DNA of 64,000 nucleotides, taken from NCBI GenBank assembly GCA_951812345.1, contig OX638295.1, forward strand, positions 748,497 through 812,496, given 5' to 3'. The notes beneath the pieces were generated by a model. The model saw only the letters and a list, made by a program, of their open reading frames with translations, was not told the DNA's origin and searched no databases. Both the position numbers and the translations under genes were made by a program. Source of the DNA: Rhodothermales bacterium. GTDB taxonomy: Bacteria; Bacteroidota; Rhodothermia; Rhodothermales; VXPQ01. Shown in pieces: positions 52,087 through 62,805 of the stretch. Positions within the stretch are counted from its first letter, which is position 1, and every line of letters begins with the position of its first letter.

Positions 52087-52413
52087 GGGTAAGGGCGCGG
52101 GCGGCCACACCATGCATGACTCGTTTCGCATTGCCCTGCCATCGCGCCATGGACGGGATCAGGCCTGCCTGCTCCTCGAAAATGGCCTATTTTACAAAAA
52201 CCCCGGGGAATGGAACAGGTTCCGGGAGGATCGGCGCAGCGTGTTTGACGACGACGACGCGTCGCAGTAAACACAGGAACTTTCGCGCTGCAGCAAGCAT
52301 TGAAATTACGCCGGGTATTCGATGCGACGTATTTCCTGGTTTCGGGATGCAGATCCACCCCATACGAAGACCCGAACGTGTATACGGCGAGCGTCGCATC
52401 AGCTGCGCACCCG

Positions 52414-52500
52414 GCCCAAGTGGCGGAATTGGTAGACGCGCATGATTCAGGGTCATGTGCCCGTTAGGGCGTGGAGGTTCGAGTCCTCTCTTGGGCACCA
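52414..52500 (+). tRNA. tRNA-Leu(CAG)
   Basis: GCCCAAGTGGCGGAATTGGTAGACG, anticodon arm CATGA-TTCAGGG-TCATG, long variable arm, GGTTCGAGTCC, CCA end. Confidence 0.97.
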
Positions 52501-52536
52501 ATGCGGAACGCATAAGGTTCTGAACGGAACGGCGGG

Positions 52537-53106
52537 ATGGGGTATCGGAACAGGAATAGCGCCGGCCCATCGGTTTTACGCTTCGAGGCCCGGCTTTTTC
52601 GGCATCCTAAAAAGGCAAAGGCCAATTCCAGGGCCTTGCTCAACGTCCCGGATTGGGTCGGCAGGCAATTTTCCCCGGGCGGCGCGACCAAGGTCGAAGG
52701 CGCCATGAACGGTCAGCCTTTCCGGGCGGTACTGGAATCCGACCCATCCGGAGGGTACCGGCTGCATGTGAACAAGGCCATGCGTGAGGGCGCCGCCGCC
52801 GACGTGGGCGACACGGTGCAACTCGCCATCCTGGGACCGGAGCCCGAACCGACGCTCCCCTCCGATTTCCGGGCCGCCCTTACCGCTTCTCGCGATGCGG
52901 AGATATTGTGGCGGGATCTCACCCTCATGGGGCGTCTCGATTGGGTCCGCTGGATCGAATCGGCCAGGAAACCTGAAACCCGGGCCCGTCGGATTACACG
53001 GACCGTCGAACAGCTTTCCTCAGGAAGTCGGCGTCCTTGTTGTGTGAATGTCTATGAATTTATGCTGGATCGCATTCGGGAAGATGAGCAGGTCAGGGAG
53101 TTCTGA
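52537..53106 (+). CDS. DUF1905 + YdeI/OmpD-associated domain protein
   Basis: KVEGAMNGQPF, VGDTV, LPSDFRAAL and WIESARKPETRARRI motifs; CC near the C-terminus. Confidence 0.82.
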   Translation: MGYRNRNSAGPSVLRFEARLFRHPKKAKANSRALLNVPDWVGRQFSPGGATKVEGAMNGQPFRAVLESDPSGGYRLHVNKAMREGAAADVGDTVQLAILGPEPEPTLPSDFRAALTASRDAEILWRDLTLMGRLDWVRWIESARKPETRARRITRTVEQLSSGSRRPCCVNVYEFMLDRIREDEQVREF

Positions 53107-53121
53107 CGCAAATACATTAAA

Positions 53122-53362
53122 GGACACTCTGATTAATACCCGGTCTATTGTCTTACGGTATTGCCCATCGACAATCGAGGAAATCCGATGCTCCGGTTTT
53201 CTTTCGAGGAGGCAAGCTACCAAAGTCGTCGCAAAAAAACGCGTAACCGGCGATTTCCGGAGCAGATGGATGGGATGCTTCCATGGAAGGCTTTTCTCTC
53301 GGAATTAGCGCCTTTCTATCCCAGGGGCTGTCTCCGATCGGTCTGGAGATCATGCTTCGTAA
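53122..53362 (+). mobile_element. IS5-family transposase remnant (left end plus truncated, frameshifted N-terminus)
   Basis: End-like GGACACTCTGATTAA. ATG at 53188 reads MLRFSFEEASYQSRRKKTRNRRFPEQMDGMLPWKAFLSELAPFYPRG, and a shifted frame continues SPIGLEIMLR. Confidence 0.8.
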
Positions 53363-53629
53363 CTCAGGGCTCTTGCCACGATGCCCCATTGTGCATCTTG
53401 CTTGTCATATCGCTTGAGACGATATTCCCCGAAACGCATAGGAAAACGATGGGCAATCGTTGCGTATAAGGCAGGCAGCGTATCTGGAAAAAGTGGGTGC
53501 CCCCGCCCGGTACAAAATGAGCGCCGCCTTTGGTCATCCCGCCGCCCATAAACGGCAAGGGTCTCCGCCTTCGTACGGCGACGGGGATCCTTTGTCGAGC
53601 TTAAGCCGAGAGAGAACTTTGGCTGTCGT

Positions 53630-56600
53630 TCACTTGACAAGAACCATCGTGCGCACGATCGTCTTCTCGCCCACCGCGAGGCGATACACGTAGACGCCGC
53701 CCGGCAAGTCGTTCGCGCCGGAACGCACCGTGTGGCGACCTGCCGCCTGCGGACCGTCGACGAGCATGTCCACCTCGCGCCCCAGCATGTCGTACACGAT
53801 CAGGCGCACATCGCCTGCCCGGGGCAAGCCGTAGTCGATGGTCGTTTGCAGTTTGAACGGGTTCGGGTAGTTCTGGGAGAGTTCAACCTCCGTCGGCAGT
53901 TCCGGATCTTCCGTGTTACCCCCCGCCGTCACCGTCACCAGCACCGTGTCCGGTGCGGAGTCGTTCACCCCGTCGTTCACCGTCAGCGTGAACTCGAGCG
54001 ACGCGTCCGACAGAAGCTGCGTCGGCGCCGTGAACTCCTGATTTTGCAACGTGGAGTCTGACAGATCGATACCCATCGGAGCGTCCCAGTCGTAGGTCAG
54101 CGATGCGCCCTCCGGGTCCGTACCCGAACCGGATAGCGTCACCGTCGCCCCCTCCGCCACCGTCTGGTCGGCGCCTGCGTTGGCCGTCGGCGCATCGTTC
54201 GGCCCCGCCGTCACCGTCACCAGCACCGTGTCCGGTGCGGAGTCGTTCACCCCGTCGTTCACCGTCAGCGTGAACGTCAGCACCGAGTCCTCCGGAAGCT
54301 GCGTCGGCGCCGTGAACTCCTGATTTTGCAACGTGGAGTCCGACAGCTCGATACCCATCGGAGCGTCCCAGTCGTAGGTCAGCGATGCGCCCTCCGGGTC
54401 CGTACCCGAACCTTCCAGCCTCACCGTCACCCCCTCCGCCACCGTCTGGTCGGCGCCTGCGTCGGCCGTCGGCGCATCGTTCGGCCCCGCCGTCACTGTC
54501 ACCAGCACCGTGTCCGGTGGGGAGTCGTTCGCCCCATCGTTCACCGTCAGCGTGAACTCGAGCGACGCGTCCGACAGAAGCTGCGTCGGCGCCGTGAACT
54601 CCTGATTTTGCAACGTGGAGTCCGACAGCTCGATACCCATCGGAGCGTCCCAGTCGTAGGTCAGCGTCGCGCCCTCCGGGTCCGTACCCGAACCGGATAG
54701 CGTCACCGTCGCCCCCTCCGCCACCGTCTGGTCGGCGCCTGCGTTGGCCGTCGGCGCATCGTTCGGCCCCGCCGTCACCGTCACCAGCACCGTGTCCGGT
54801 GCGGAGTCGTTCACCCCGTCGTTCACCGTCAGCGTGAACTCGAGCGACGCGTCCGACAGAAGCTGCGTCGGCGCCGTGAACTCCTGATTTTGCAACGTGG
54901 AGTCCGACAGCTCGATACCCATCGGAGCGTCCCAGTCGTAGGTCAGCGATGCGCCCTCCGGGTCCGTACCCGAACCGGATAGCGTCACCGTCGCCCCCTC
55001 CGCCACCGTCTGGTCGGCGCCTGCGTCGGCCGTCGGCGCATCGTTCGGCCCCGCCGTCACCGTCACCAGCACCGTGTCCGGTGCGGAGTCGTTCACCCCG
55101 TCGTTCACCGTCAGCGTGAACTCGAGCGACGCGTCCGACAGAAGCTGCGTCGGCGCCGTGAACTCCTGATTTTGCAACGTGGAGTCCGACAGCTCGATAC
55201 CCATCGGAGCGTCCCAGTCGTAGGTCAGCGATGCGCCCTCCGGGTCCGTACCCGAACCTTCCAGCCTCACCGTCACCCCCTCCGCCACCGTCTGGTCGGC
55301 GCCTGCGTTGGCCGTCGGCGCATCGTTCGGCCCCGCCGTCACCGTCACCAGCACCGTGTCCGGTGCGGAGTCGTTCACCCCGTCGTTCACCGTCAGCGTG
55401 AACTCGAGCGACGCGTCCGACAGAAGCTGCGTCGGCGCCGTGAACTCCTGATTTTGCAACGTGGAGTCCGACAGCTCGATACCCATCGGAGCGTCCCAGT
55501 CGTAGGTCAGCGATGCGCCCTCCGGGTCCGTACCCGAACCTTCCAGCCTCACCGTCACCCCCTCCGCCACCGTCTGGTCGGCGCCTGCGTTGGCCGTCGG
55601 CGCATCGTTGCAAATGTTGCTGCTGTCGCCTCGAAAGTCAGAGAGAACGCCAAGCCATCGCTGGAATGCGGTATTTCCCGGTATGCACAGCACGTCGTCG
55701 ACATGAAAGTATCGGAGATTGATCAAGTTGATAAACTCCGCCGGGACCGAACCCGTCAGGGAGTTGTTGTCGAGAAACAGGTATTTGAGGTTGGTCAAGT
55801 TGCCCAACGCCGCCGGGATCGACCCCGTCAGGGAGTTGTTGTGGAGATACAGTCTCTCGAGCTTGGTCAAGTCGCCTAACGCCGCCGGGATCGACCCCGT
55901 CAGGGAGTTGTCGTAGAGACGCAGCAACTCGAGGTTGGTCAAGTTGCCCAACGCCGCCGGGATCGACCCCGTCAGGGAATTGTTGAAAAGATCCAAGAGT
56001 TTGAGGTTGGTCAAGTTGCCCAACGCCGCCGGGATCGAACCCGTCAGGGAGTTGCGGTCGAGAGTCAGATTTTTAAGTTTGGCCAAGTTGCCCAATTCCG
56101 CCGGGATCGACCCCGACAGGGGGGTGGAACCGAGACGCAGGTCTTCGAGGTTGGTCAAGTCGCCAAGCTCCGCCGGGATCGACCCCGTCAGGTCGTTGTA
56201 ACCGAGATTCAGGATTTGGAGATTGGTCAGGTTGCCCAACTCCGCCGGGATCGACCCCGTCAGGTCGTTGGAAATGAGCCACAGGTTTTCGAGGTTGGTC
56301 AAGGCGCCCAATTCCGCCGGGATCGATCCCGAAAGGAAGTTGCCAGAGAGAGACAGATATTTAAGTTTGGTCAAGTCGCCCAGTTCCGCCGGGATCGACC
56401 CCGTCAGGGAGTTGCGGTCGAGAGACAGATATTTAAGTTTGGCCAAGTCGCCCAGTTCCGCCGGGATCGTTCCCGACAGGGAGTTGCCGCGGAGATCCAG
56501 GTTCCAGAGGTTGGTCAAGTCGCCCAATTCCGCCGGAATCGACCCCGACAGGGAGTTGGTATGGAGATGCAGCCACTTGAGGGAGTCCAGGTCGCCCAAT

Positions 56601-56977
56601 TCCGCCGGGATCGTCCCCGTCAGGGAGTTGTTGACGAGACTCAGAGTGTCCACCCGTCCGGCGGCATCGGCGGAGACGCCGTACCACGTATCGAGGGCCG
56701 CGGCAGTGTTCCAGTTGGTCTTGTTTGTCCAATTGGCCCCGTCGGTCGCATTGTAGAGCGCAATCAGCGCGTCTCTGTCCGTCTGAGCGTACGCCGTTCC
56801 GGATGCGGCCAGCGAAGCGACCGCGACAAGAGCGACCGCCACCGGGCGAAGCAAGAGGGCGAACGTGCGGCGCAAGCGGTAGGCTACGATGCAACGGCCG
56901 ACATGGAGCCCGCCGAAGGACGCATCGTTATCGTTACGCTTTGTAAAACGGACTGCTCGAATCTTTTTCTTGTTCAT
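53630..56977 (-). CDS. T9SS-secreted leucine-rich-repeat protein with six PKD/Ig-like repeats
   Basis: DRDALIALYNATDG..W cap, 13 LxLxxNxLTGSIPAELGxL repeats, six 94-aa APTANAGADQTV domains, QNYPNPF sorting domain. Confidence 0.92.
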   Translation of the reverse strand: MNKKKIRAVRFTKRNDNDASFGGLHVGRCIVAYRLRRTFALLLRPVAVALVAVASLAASGTAYAQTDRDALIALYNATDGANWTNKTNWNTAAALDTWYGVSADAAGRVDTLSLVNNSLTGTIPAELGDLDSLKWLHLHTNSLSGSIPAELGDLTNLWNLDLRGNSLSGTIPAELGDLAKLKYLSLDRNSLTGSIPAELGDLTKLKYLSLSGNFLSGSIPAELGALTNLENLWLISNDLTGSIPAELGNLTNLQILNLGYNDLTGSIPAELGDLTNLEDLRLGSTPLSGSIPAELGNLAKLKNLTLDRNSLTGSIPAALGNLTNLKLLDLFNNSLTGSIPAALGNLTNLELLRLYDNSLTGSIPAALGDLTKLERLYLHNNSLTGSIPAALGNLTNLKYLFLDNNSLTGSVPAEFINLINLRYFHVDDVLCIPGNTAFQRWLGVLSDFRGDSSNICNDAPTANAGADQTVAEGVTVRLEGSGTDPEGASLTYDWDAPMGIELSDSTLQNQEFTAPTQLLSDASLEFTLTVNDGVNDSAPDTVLVTVTAGPNDAPTANAGADQTVAEGVTVRLEGSGTDPEGASLTYDWDAPMGIELSDSTLQNQEFTAPTQLLSDASLEFTLTVNDGVNDSAPDTVLVTVTAGPNDAPTADAGADQTVAEGATVTLSGSGTDPEGASLTYDWDAPMGIELSDSTLQNQEFTAPTQLLSDASLEFTLTVNDGVNDSAPDTVLVTVTAGPNDAPTANAGADQTVAEGATVTLSGSGTDPEGATLTYDWDAPMGIELSDSTLQNQEFTAPTQLLSDASLEFTLTVNDGANDSPPDTVLVTVTAGPNDAPTADAGADQTVAEGVTVRLEGSGTDPEGASLTYDWDAPMGIELSDSTLQNQEFTAPTQLPEDSVLTFTLTVNDGVNDSAPDTVLVTVTAGPNDAPTANAGADQTVAEGATVTLSGSGTDPEGASLTYDWDAPMGIDLSDSTLQNQEFTAPTQLLSDASLEFTLTVNDGVNDSAPDTVLVTVTAGGNTEDPELPTEVELSQNYPNPFKLQTTIDYGLPRAGDVRLIVYDMLGREVDMLVDGPQAAGRHTVRSGANDLPGGVYVYRLAVGEKTIVRTMVLVK
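53920..55609 (-). repeat. six near-identical 282-bp tandem repeats (coding)
   Basis: The same DNA recurs every 282 nt, e.g. GGGTCCGTACCCGAACC. Confidence 0.95.
55720..56650 (-). repeat. 13 x 72-bp LRR-coding repeats with constant and variable halves
   Basis: CGCCGGGATCGACCCCGTCAGG recurs every 72 nt, with divergent segments in between. Confidence 0.92.
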
Positions 56978-57309
56978 GATCCAAAGTCCGGTTTTCTCCC
57001 TATGCTGCCCTTAAAACCTCAAAGTATTGAAAGGAAATTATCCGGAAAGGTTGACGATGCCTTGTTCGTTGCCTGCCGCGAGGGTTCTCTATGGCGGCAG
57101 CTTCCCTGCCATTGCGTCAGTCAGGATACCTATATCCCGATGCAGGTAAACGGCATCCGATCCGTTTGCTAAACGCTTGCAACATGTGAATTTAAATTGA
57201 AAATATCAACCTTTATTTGTGAAAATGTATACGTGCGCGCCGGCTCCGGATCGCCGGGCGCATCGCCGTATAAATCGGCCAAGCGCATACGCGTGCGCCT
57301 TTTTCGCAA

Positions 57310-58440
57310 TCAGTCTTCCACCCATTCCGCAAGGAAGATATTCGTGTCGTTCGTGTCCGCGTTGTTCCGGTTCGAGCCGAACGCCAGATAGCGCCCGTCC
57401 GGGCTGAATACGGGAAATCCGTCGAATGCTTCGGAGTGCGTAATACGCGTCAGGCCCGTTCCGTCCACCCCGATCATATAGATTTCGAACTCCCGTCCGT
57501 TCGGGTCCTCATGGTTGGAACTGAACAGGATGCGTTTCCCGTCGGGATGCCAGTAGGGGGCGAAGTTGGCCCCGCCGAGGTGCGTCACCTGACGCATGTT
57601 CGAACCGTCCGCATCCATGACGTAAATCTCCAGCTCGCCGGGCCGCAGAAGGCCCTCTTCAAGGAGGCGGAGATAGTCGTCCTGTTCCGGTCCCGGTTCG
57701 GGGTAGTGCGCCCGCCACACGATTTGCGAACCGTCGGGGGAGTAGAAAGCGCCCCCGTCGTACCCGATACGGTTCGTCAGCCGCTGCATATCGGAGCCGT
57801 CCGGGGCCATCGAGTACAGTTCCAGATCGCCGTCGCGTGCGCTTGTGAACACGATCCGGTCCCCGACCGGCGAGAAGGTGGCCTCGGCGTCGTAGCCGTC
57901 GGCCTCGGTGAGTTGGCGCAGGTTGCCGCCGTCCGCATCCGCCGCGAAGATATCGTAGCTCTCGTAGATGGGCCAGACGTAGCCTTGCGAGAAATCCGGG
58001 ACAGGCGGGCAGGCCGGGTCGGCAAGATGCGTGGACGAGTAAAGAATCCGGTCTCCCGAGGGATAGAAATAGGAGCAGGTGGTGCGTCCGTCGCCGGTGC
58101 TCACCATGCGGGATTCTCCTGTTTCCAGATCGTCCATGACGTAAATCTGGTCGCACCCGGCGCCCGGCTTGCGGGCCTGGTAGATGAGCGCCGATCCGTC
58201 GAACGCCCAGTACGCCTCGGCGTTTTCCCCGCCGGAGGTCAATTGCCGGACATTGCGCAGGTGCTTTTCTCCGGGTTGCGCGTGATCGGCTGCGTGGGAG
58301 GGCTGCGGCGTTGCGTATTCTCCAGTGGCCGGCTGCTCGCTATCCGCACCGCAGGCGGCGAGCAGCAACGCGGCGCCAAAGAAGATGGCGCCAGTGAACA
58401 GGGGTGCGGCTATCCGCGTACGACGGTGCAAGAACGTCAT
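57310..58440 (-). CDS. TolB-like/PD40 beta-propeller lipoprotein
   Basis: [21 protein letters not shown] and repeated FSPDG motifs. Lipobox LAAC. Confidence 0.9.
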   Translation of the reverse strand: MTFLHRRTRIAAPLFTGAIFFGAALLLAACGADSEQPATGEYATPQPSHAADHAQPGEKHLRNVRQLTSGGENAEAYWAFDGSALIYQARKPGAGCDQIYVMDDLETGESRMVSTGDGRTTCSYFYPSGDRILYSSTHLADPACPPVPDFSQGYVWPIYESYDIFAADADGGNLRQLTEADGYDAEATFSPVGDRIVFTSARDGDLELYSMAPDGSDMQRLTNRIGYDGGAFYSPDGSQIVWRAHYPEPGPEQDDYLRLLEEGLLRPGELEIYVMDADGSNMRQVTHLGGANFAPYWHPDGKRILFSSNHEDPNGREFEIYMIGVDGTGLTRITHSEAFDGFPVFSPDGRYLAFGSNRNNADTNDTNIFLAEWVED

Positions 58441-58465
58441 GCTTCCGTTACGTGAGAGATTCGTT

Positions 58466-60292
58466 ATGATTTTTGTTCGATATGCGCCTTTTTTTGCGGC
58501 GCTGTGCGCGGTTGCTATCGCATGCCCGGCCAGCGAGCCAGCTTTCGGGCAGGTATCGTGCCCGCCCGTGGAGGAGCTGACCCACGACCTGCCTGCCGAT
58601 CCGACGGAGGCCATGCGGCACATCCGTTACCTGGCCGACGACCGGCTCGAAGGCCGCGAAGTCGGATCCCGGGGCGCCTGGTGCGCCGGGGAATATATTG
58701 CCGGAGCATTTCGCAGCCTCGGACTCGCCCCCGCCGGATCGAACCACGATTTCTTTCACCATTTTTCGGTCCGGAAAGGCGTCCGGCTCGGTTCCGGCAA
58801 CGCACTGCGCGTAGCGGGGCGAGCATACATGATCGACTCGGAATGGGTTCCCCTCGGTTTTTCGGCGAGCGGTCATATGGAGCATGCGCTGGCGTACGGC
58901 GGGCACGGGCTGACCGGGGATGATCCGGCGGGCAACGAGGGCGAGGGCGGTAAAGACGATGCGGAAGAGGCCGGAGGCGCGTACGCCCACATGGATATTT
59001 CCGGCAGGATCGTCGTGGTGGAATGGGGCGATCCCGATGCGCCGCACGGCATGTCGCTCCGGGGCGATTCCCATTTCAAGGCGATGGAAGCATCCGGGCG
59101 CGGCGCGGCGGGCCTGCTGGTGCTGGCGCCGGAGGGCATGCGTCTTCCGGATCCTTCCGACGAAACCCGCGCCGCGTTGTCCATTCCTGTCGTCATGGTC
59201 GCCGGGGAGGCCGCCGGAGCGGTTCGCACCGCTGCACAGGAAGCAAGCTCCGCAGGACTCGCGGTGGACATTTCCCCGGAAACGGCCGAGGCCCGTAATG
59301 TGGTTGCCCTGCTGTCCGGCGCCGATCCGGACCGCGCCCGGGAATACATTATCGTAGGCGCCCACTACGACCACCTGGGCTTCGGCGGCGACGGCTCGCT
59401 GGCGCCCGATTCCCGCGATGTACACAACGGCGCCGACGACAACGCCAGCGGCGTTGCGGCAGTGATCGAAATCGCCCGTCGGCTGGCCGACGGACCGCCT
59501 CTTGACCGGGGCGTGCTGTTTATGGCTTTTACCGGCGAGGAGAAAGGCCTGTGGGGATCGGCCCGCTTCGTGGCGGAGCCGACCGTGCCGCTGGACGAAG
59601 CGGCGGCCATGCTCAATTTCGACATGGTAGGCCGGATGCAGGACCGCACTCTGACGGTTTTCGGAACCGGCACTGCGGAAGAATGGGATGATGTGCTGGA
59701 CGACGCCAATGCCGACCTGTCCGAGCCGCTTGCAGTGGCCGGGGTGGCCGACGGATACGGTCCTTCCGATCATTCCTCGTTTTATGCGGAAGGCATTCCG
59801 GTGCTTCATTTCTTCACGAATACCCATGAGGATTATCACCGGCCCTCGGACGATTGGCAGAAGGTCAACGGGGAGGGGGTCGATCTGGTGGTCGAGCTGG
59901 CGAGCGGGATCGTGCGCCGGCTTGCAGGCGCGGAAGCCGCGGACACGGAAGCGATCGCACTGACTGCCTTGGCGCAGGCGCGCCCCTCGCCAGGCGGCGC
60001 CAGCTCTTCTTCGGTAAGCGGCTACGGTGCGGCCTATCTCGGTTCTATTCCCGACATGACCCCCCGAGATTCCGGCTTGCGGCTCACGGGGGTGCGAGCG
60101 GGCAGTCCCGCGGAAGAGGGCGGCCTGCGGGGCGGGGACATTGTGGTGGAATTCGCCGGCAAGCCTATCGCGGATATCTACGCATATACCTATGCGCTGC
60201 GCGAGCAGTCTCCCGGCGATGTGGTGAAGATCGTCGTGGAGCGAGATGGAGAGCAGATCACGCTGGAGGTGACACTGGGCGAGCGGAGGTAG
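58466..60292 (+). CDS. M28 metallopeptidase with PA and PDZ domains
   Basis: [32 protein letters not shown] and YHRPSD motifs; C-terminal PDZ. Confidence 0.93.
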   Translation: MIFVRYAPFFAALCAVAIACPASEPAFGQVSCPPVEELTHDLPADPTEAMRHIRYLADDRLEGREVGSRGAWCAGEYIAGAFRSLGLAPAGSNHDFFHHFSVRKGVRLGSGNALRVAGRAYMIDSEWVPLGFSASGHMEHALAYGGHGLTGDDPAGNEGEGGKDDAEEAGGAYAHMDISGRIVVVEWGDPDAPHGMSLRGDSHFKAMEASGRGAAGLLVLAPEGMRLPDPSDETRAALSIPVVMVAGEAAGAVRTAAQEASSAGLAVDISPETAEARNVVALLSGADPDRAREYIIVGAHYDHLGFGGDGSLAPDSRDVHNGADDNASGVAAVIEIARRLADGPPLDRGVLFMAFTGEEKGLWGSARFVAEPTVPLDEAAAMLNFDMVGRMQDRTLTVFGTGTAEEWDDVLDDANADLSEPLAVAGVADGYGPSDHSSFYAEGIPVLHFFTNTHEDYHRPSDDWQKVNGEGVDLVVELASGIVRRLAGAEAADTEAIALTALAQARPSPGGASSSSVSGYGAAYLGSIPDMTPRDSGLRLTGVRAGSPAEEGGLRGGDIVVEFAGKPIADIYAYTYALREQSPGDVVKIVVERDGEQITLEVTLGERR

Positions 60293-60303
60293 GGCGCGCG
60301 CAC

Positions 60304-61074
60304 TTACCGCTTCTGTTTTCCCCGGAAGGCGCCCCCGATCTTGACGCCGAGGCCGCCGTCGATCCGAAAAGCCTGTCCCGTGATGAAGCTGGCTTCGTCG
60401 CTTGCCAGATAGGCGATCATGTGGGCAATTTCGCTGGGATCGGCCGCCCGGTTCAGGAGGTGCATGCCCCGGATTTCGTCCAGCATGGCTTCCGGGTCGC
60501 CGGACTGGTCCGCCGCCCATTGCAGGAGCGGGGTGTCCACGCTGCCCGGACACACCGCGGACGAGCGGACGTTGTACGGCGCGTAATCCACGGCGATGCT
60601 GCGCGTAAGACCGAGCATGGCGGCCTTGCTGGTGGCGTAAGCGGCCACATGCTCTTCACTCATCAGCGCCTGAACGCTCGACACATTCACGATCACGCCG
60701 TTCCGTTGCGCGGTCATGCTCGGGAGCGCCTGCTTTGCGCACAGAAAGGCGCCCTTCACATTGACGGCCAGCACCCGGTCCCATTCTTCCTCGGACGTTT
60801 CCTCGACCGTGCCGTACGTCTGTACCGCCGCATTGTTGACGAGTACGTCGATGCGCCCGAACCGGTCGAGCACCTGCCGGAAGGCCCGCTCCACCTGATC
60901 CGCTTTCGATACGTCGCACTGGACATACATACCGTTTTCCGCGTCTTTCTCTTGTGCAGGGGCAACGTCCAGGCAGACTGCGCACGCGCCCTTTTCCAGA
61001 AACAGTTCCATGGCGGCAGCCCCGATTCCCCGGGCGGCTCCGGTGACGACAACAATTTTCCCGTCGAAGGTCAT
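60304..61074 (-). CDS. short-chain dehydrogenase/reductase
   Basis: TGAARGIG, NNAA and YATSK motifs. Confidence 0.94.
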   Translation of the reverse strand: MTFDGKIVVVTGAARGIGAAAMELFLEKGACAVCLDVAPAQEKDAENGMYVQCDVSKADQVERAFRQVLDRFGRIDVLVNNAAVQTYGTVEETSEEEWDRVLAVNVKGAFLCAKQALPSMTAQRNGVIVNVSSVQALMSEEHVAAYATSKAAMLGLTRSIAVDYAPYNVRSSAVCPGSVDTPLLQWAADQSGDPEAMLDEIRGMHLLNRAADPSEIAHMIAYLASDEASFITGQAFRIDGGLGVKIGGAFRGKQKR

Positions 61075-61212
61075 AGTGCAGGGTATTTGCGTATCGGATT
61101 CGGATATTCCGTAAGGATAATGGCGAACGTATTATACCGCAATACACGGAACCGTTCGGTATCCTATATTCGATTTGCGAGCCGTGTCGCGTAACCAACG
61201 CAGCAAAACAGC

Positions 61213-62571
61213 ATGGACAAAAGAGCTTTCCTGAAAACATGTTCCGCCCTGATGGCGGGCGGTATCCTTTCTCCGCTGGCCTCCTGCAGGCCGGAAGAAG
61301 TCACTACCCTTCCGCCCCCCCGGACGAATTGGGCGGGGAATCTGACCTACTCTACGGACCGGTTGCATTTGCCGCAAACGGTCGCCGAGGCGCAGGACCT
61401 CGTGAGGAATACGCCCAGGATTCGGCCGCTCGGTTCGCGCCATTGCTTCAACGCCATTGCCGACAGCACCGAGGCGCAAATATCCCTTGAGCATCTCAAC
61501 CAGGTGGTGCATCTCGACGAGGCGGCGAACAGGGTGACGGTGGGGGCCGGTATGCGCTACGGCGATCTTGCTCCGTACCTCCAGGAGAGAGGGTATGCCT
61601 TGCACAATCTGGCTTCTCTGCCGCATATCTCCGTGGCGGGCGCTTGCGCGACGGCCACCCACGGTTCGGGCGTGGCGAACGGGAATCTGGCCACGGCGGT
61701 GGCCGCGATCACGTTCATCGATGCGAACGGCGATCTGGTCACCCTCTCCCGCGAGGAAGACGGCGAACGATTCGCCGGAGCGGTCGTGGGGCTCGGTGGA
61801 CTCGGCGTGGTTACGGAGGTTACGCTGGACCTCCAGCCCGACTTCGACATGATCCAGCATGTCTATCTGGACCTCCCGGTGGCCTCGCTGGACGACCATT
61901 TCGATGAAATCATGTCGAGCGGTTACAGCGTCAGCCTGTTCACGGACTGGACGGACTCGGTGAATCAGGTCTGGATCAAGCGGGTAGCGGGGGACGATGC
62001 GTTCGAGGCGGAACCCACGTTTTTCGGCGCCAACCTGGCGACAAGGAATGTGCACCCGATCCTGGAACTCTCGGCGGTGAATTGCACGGAACAGATGGGC
62101 GTCCCCGGCCCCTGGTACGAGCGGCTGCCGCATTTCCGCATGGACTTCACCCCGAGCAGCGGCAAGGAATTGCAAAGCGAATACTTTGTCCCCCGGGAAC
62201 ACGCGCGGGAGGTGGCGAGAATTTTTCAGGGGATGGGCGAGCGGTTCGGTTCGCTCCTGATGATCTCGGAGGTGCGCACCATCGACCGGGACGAACTGTG
62301 GATGAGTATGTGCTTCGACCGGCCCAGCGTCGCTTTTCATTGTACCTGGGAGCAGGACTGGGATGCGCTACAGCAACTCCTTCCCGTCATCGAAGAAGCG
62401 CTCGAGCCCTTCGAAGCGCGTCCGCATTGGGGAAAACTGTTTACGATGGCGCCGGACCGGCTGCAATCGCGGTACGAAAAGGTATCCGCCTTCAGGGAGT
62501 TGCTCCGGGAATACGACCCGGACGGCAAATTCCGCAACGCTTTTGTACAGGAGAATCTGTTCGGCGGTTGA
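61213..62571 (+). CDS. FAD-linked alditol/xylitol oxidase-like protein, predicted exported lipoprotein
   Basis: TNWAGN, GSRHCFN (FAD His), LASLPHISVAGA, ELQSEY and RPHWGK motifs; leader KRAFLK..LASC. Confidence 0.88.
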   Translation: MDKRAFLKTCSALMAGGILSPLASCRPEEVTTLPPPRTNWAGNLTYSTDRLHLPQTVAEAQDLVRNTPRIRPLGSRHCFNAIADSTEAQISLEHLNQVVHLDEAANRVTVGAGMRYGDLAPYLQERGYALHNLASLPHISVAGACATATHGSGVANGNLATAVAAITFIDANGDLVTLSREEDGERFAGAVVGLGGLGVVTEVTLDLQPDFDMIQHVYLDLPVASLDDHFDEIMSSGYSVSLFTDWTDSVNQVWIKRVAGDDAFEAEPTFFGANLATRNVHPILELSAVNCTEQMGVPGPWYERLPHFRMDFTPSSGKELQSEYFVPREHAREVARIFQGMGERFGSLLMISEVRTIDRDELWMSMCFDRPSVAFHCTWEQDWDALQQLLPVIEEALEPFEARPHWGKLFTMAPDRLQSRYEKVSAFRELLREYDPDGKFRNAFVQENLFGG

Positions 62572-62805
62572 GCGTGGCGCAGAGCGGTTGAGCCCGTAGC
62601 GCACCGGGGAAGGGCAGAATAATTCGCATTGCGCCTGCGGACGATGTGGAGATGGTTTGAAGGTGATCGCATCTGTCCCTTTACTCCGAAAGATTCGTTA
62701 TATTTAGGGCTGTGCTTTCCGGTTTTTCTTCGATAGCCTTCCGAACCGGCGGGTTTTCCGTCGCGTTCGTTTCTTTTTTCTAACCAACCTCAACGGATCT
62801 GCATT

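Noticed and set aside
53160-53457. 11-bp inverted repeat ATTGCCCATCG / CGATGGGCAAT around the IS remnant
   Set aside because: It does not coincide with the IS end and has no target duplication; it may be chance.
55720-56650. CRISPR-like repeat/spacer periodicity
   Set aside because: The period is exactly 72 nt, in frame within an LRR gene; the repeats are degenerate and no cas genes are present.
53630-56977. Diversity-generating retroelement acting on the LRR gene
   Set aside because: No reverse transcriptase or template repeat in the window, and the variation is not adenine-specific.
57165-57182. LacI/cre-like operator upstream of the LRR gene
   Set aside because: Several mismatches to the consensus and no supporting regulator or second site.
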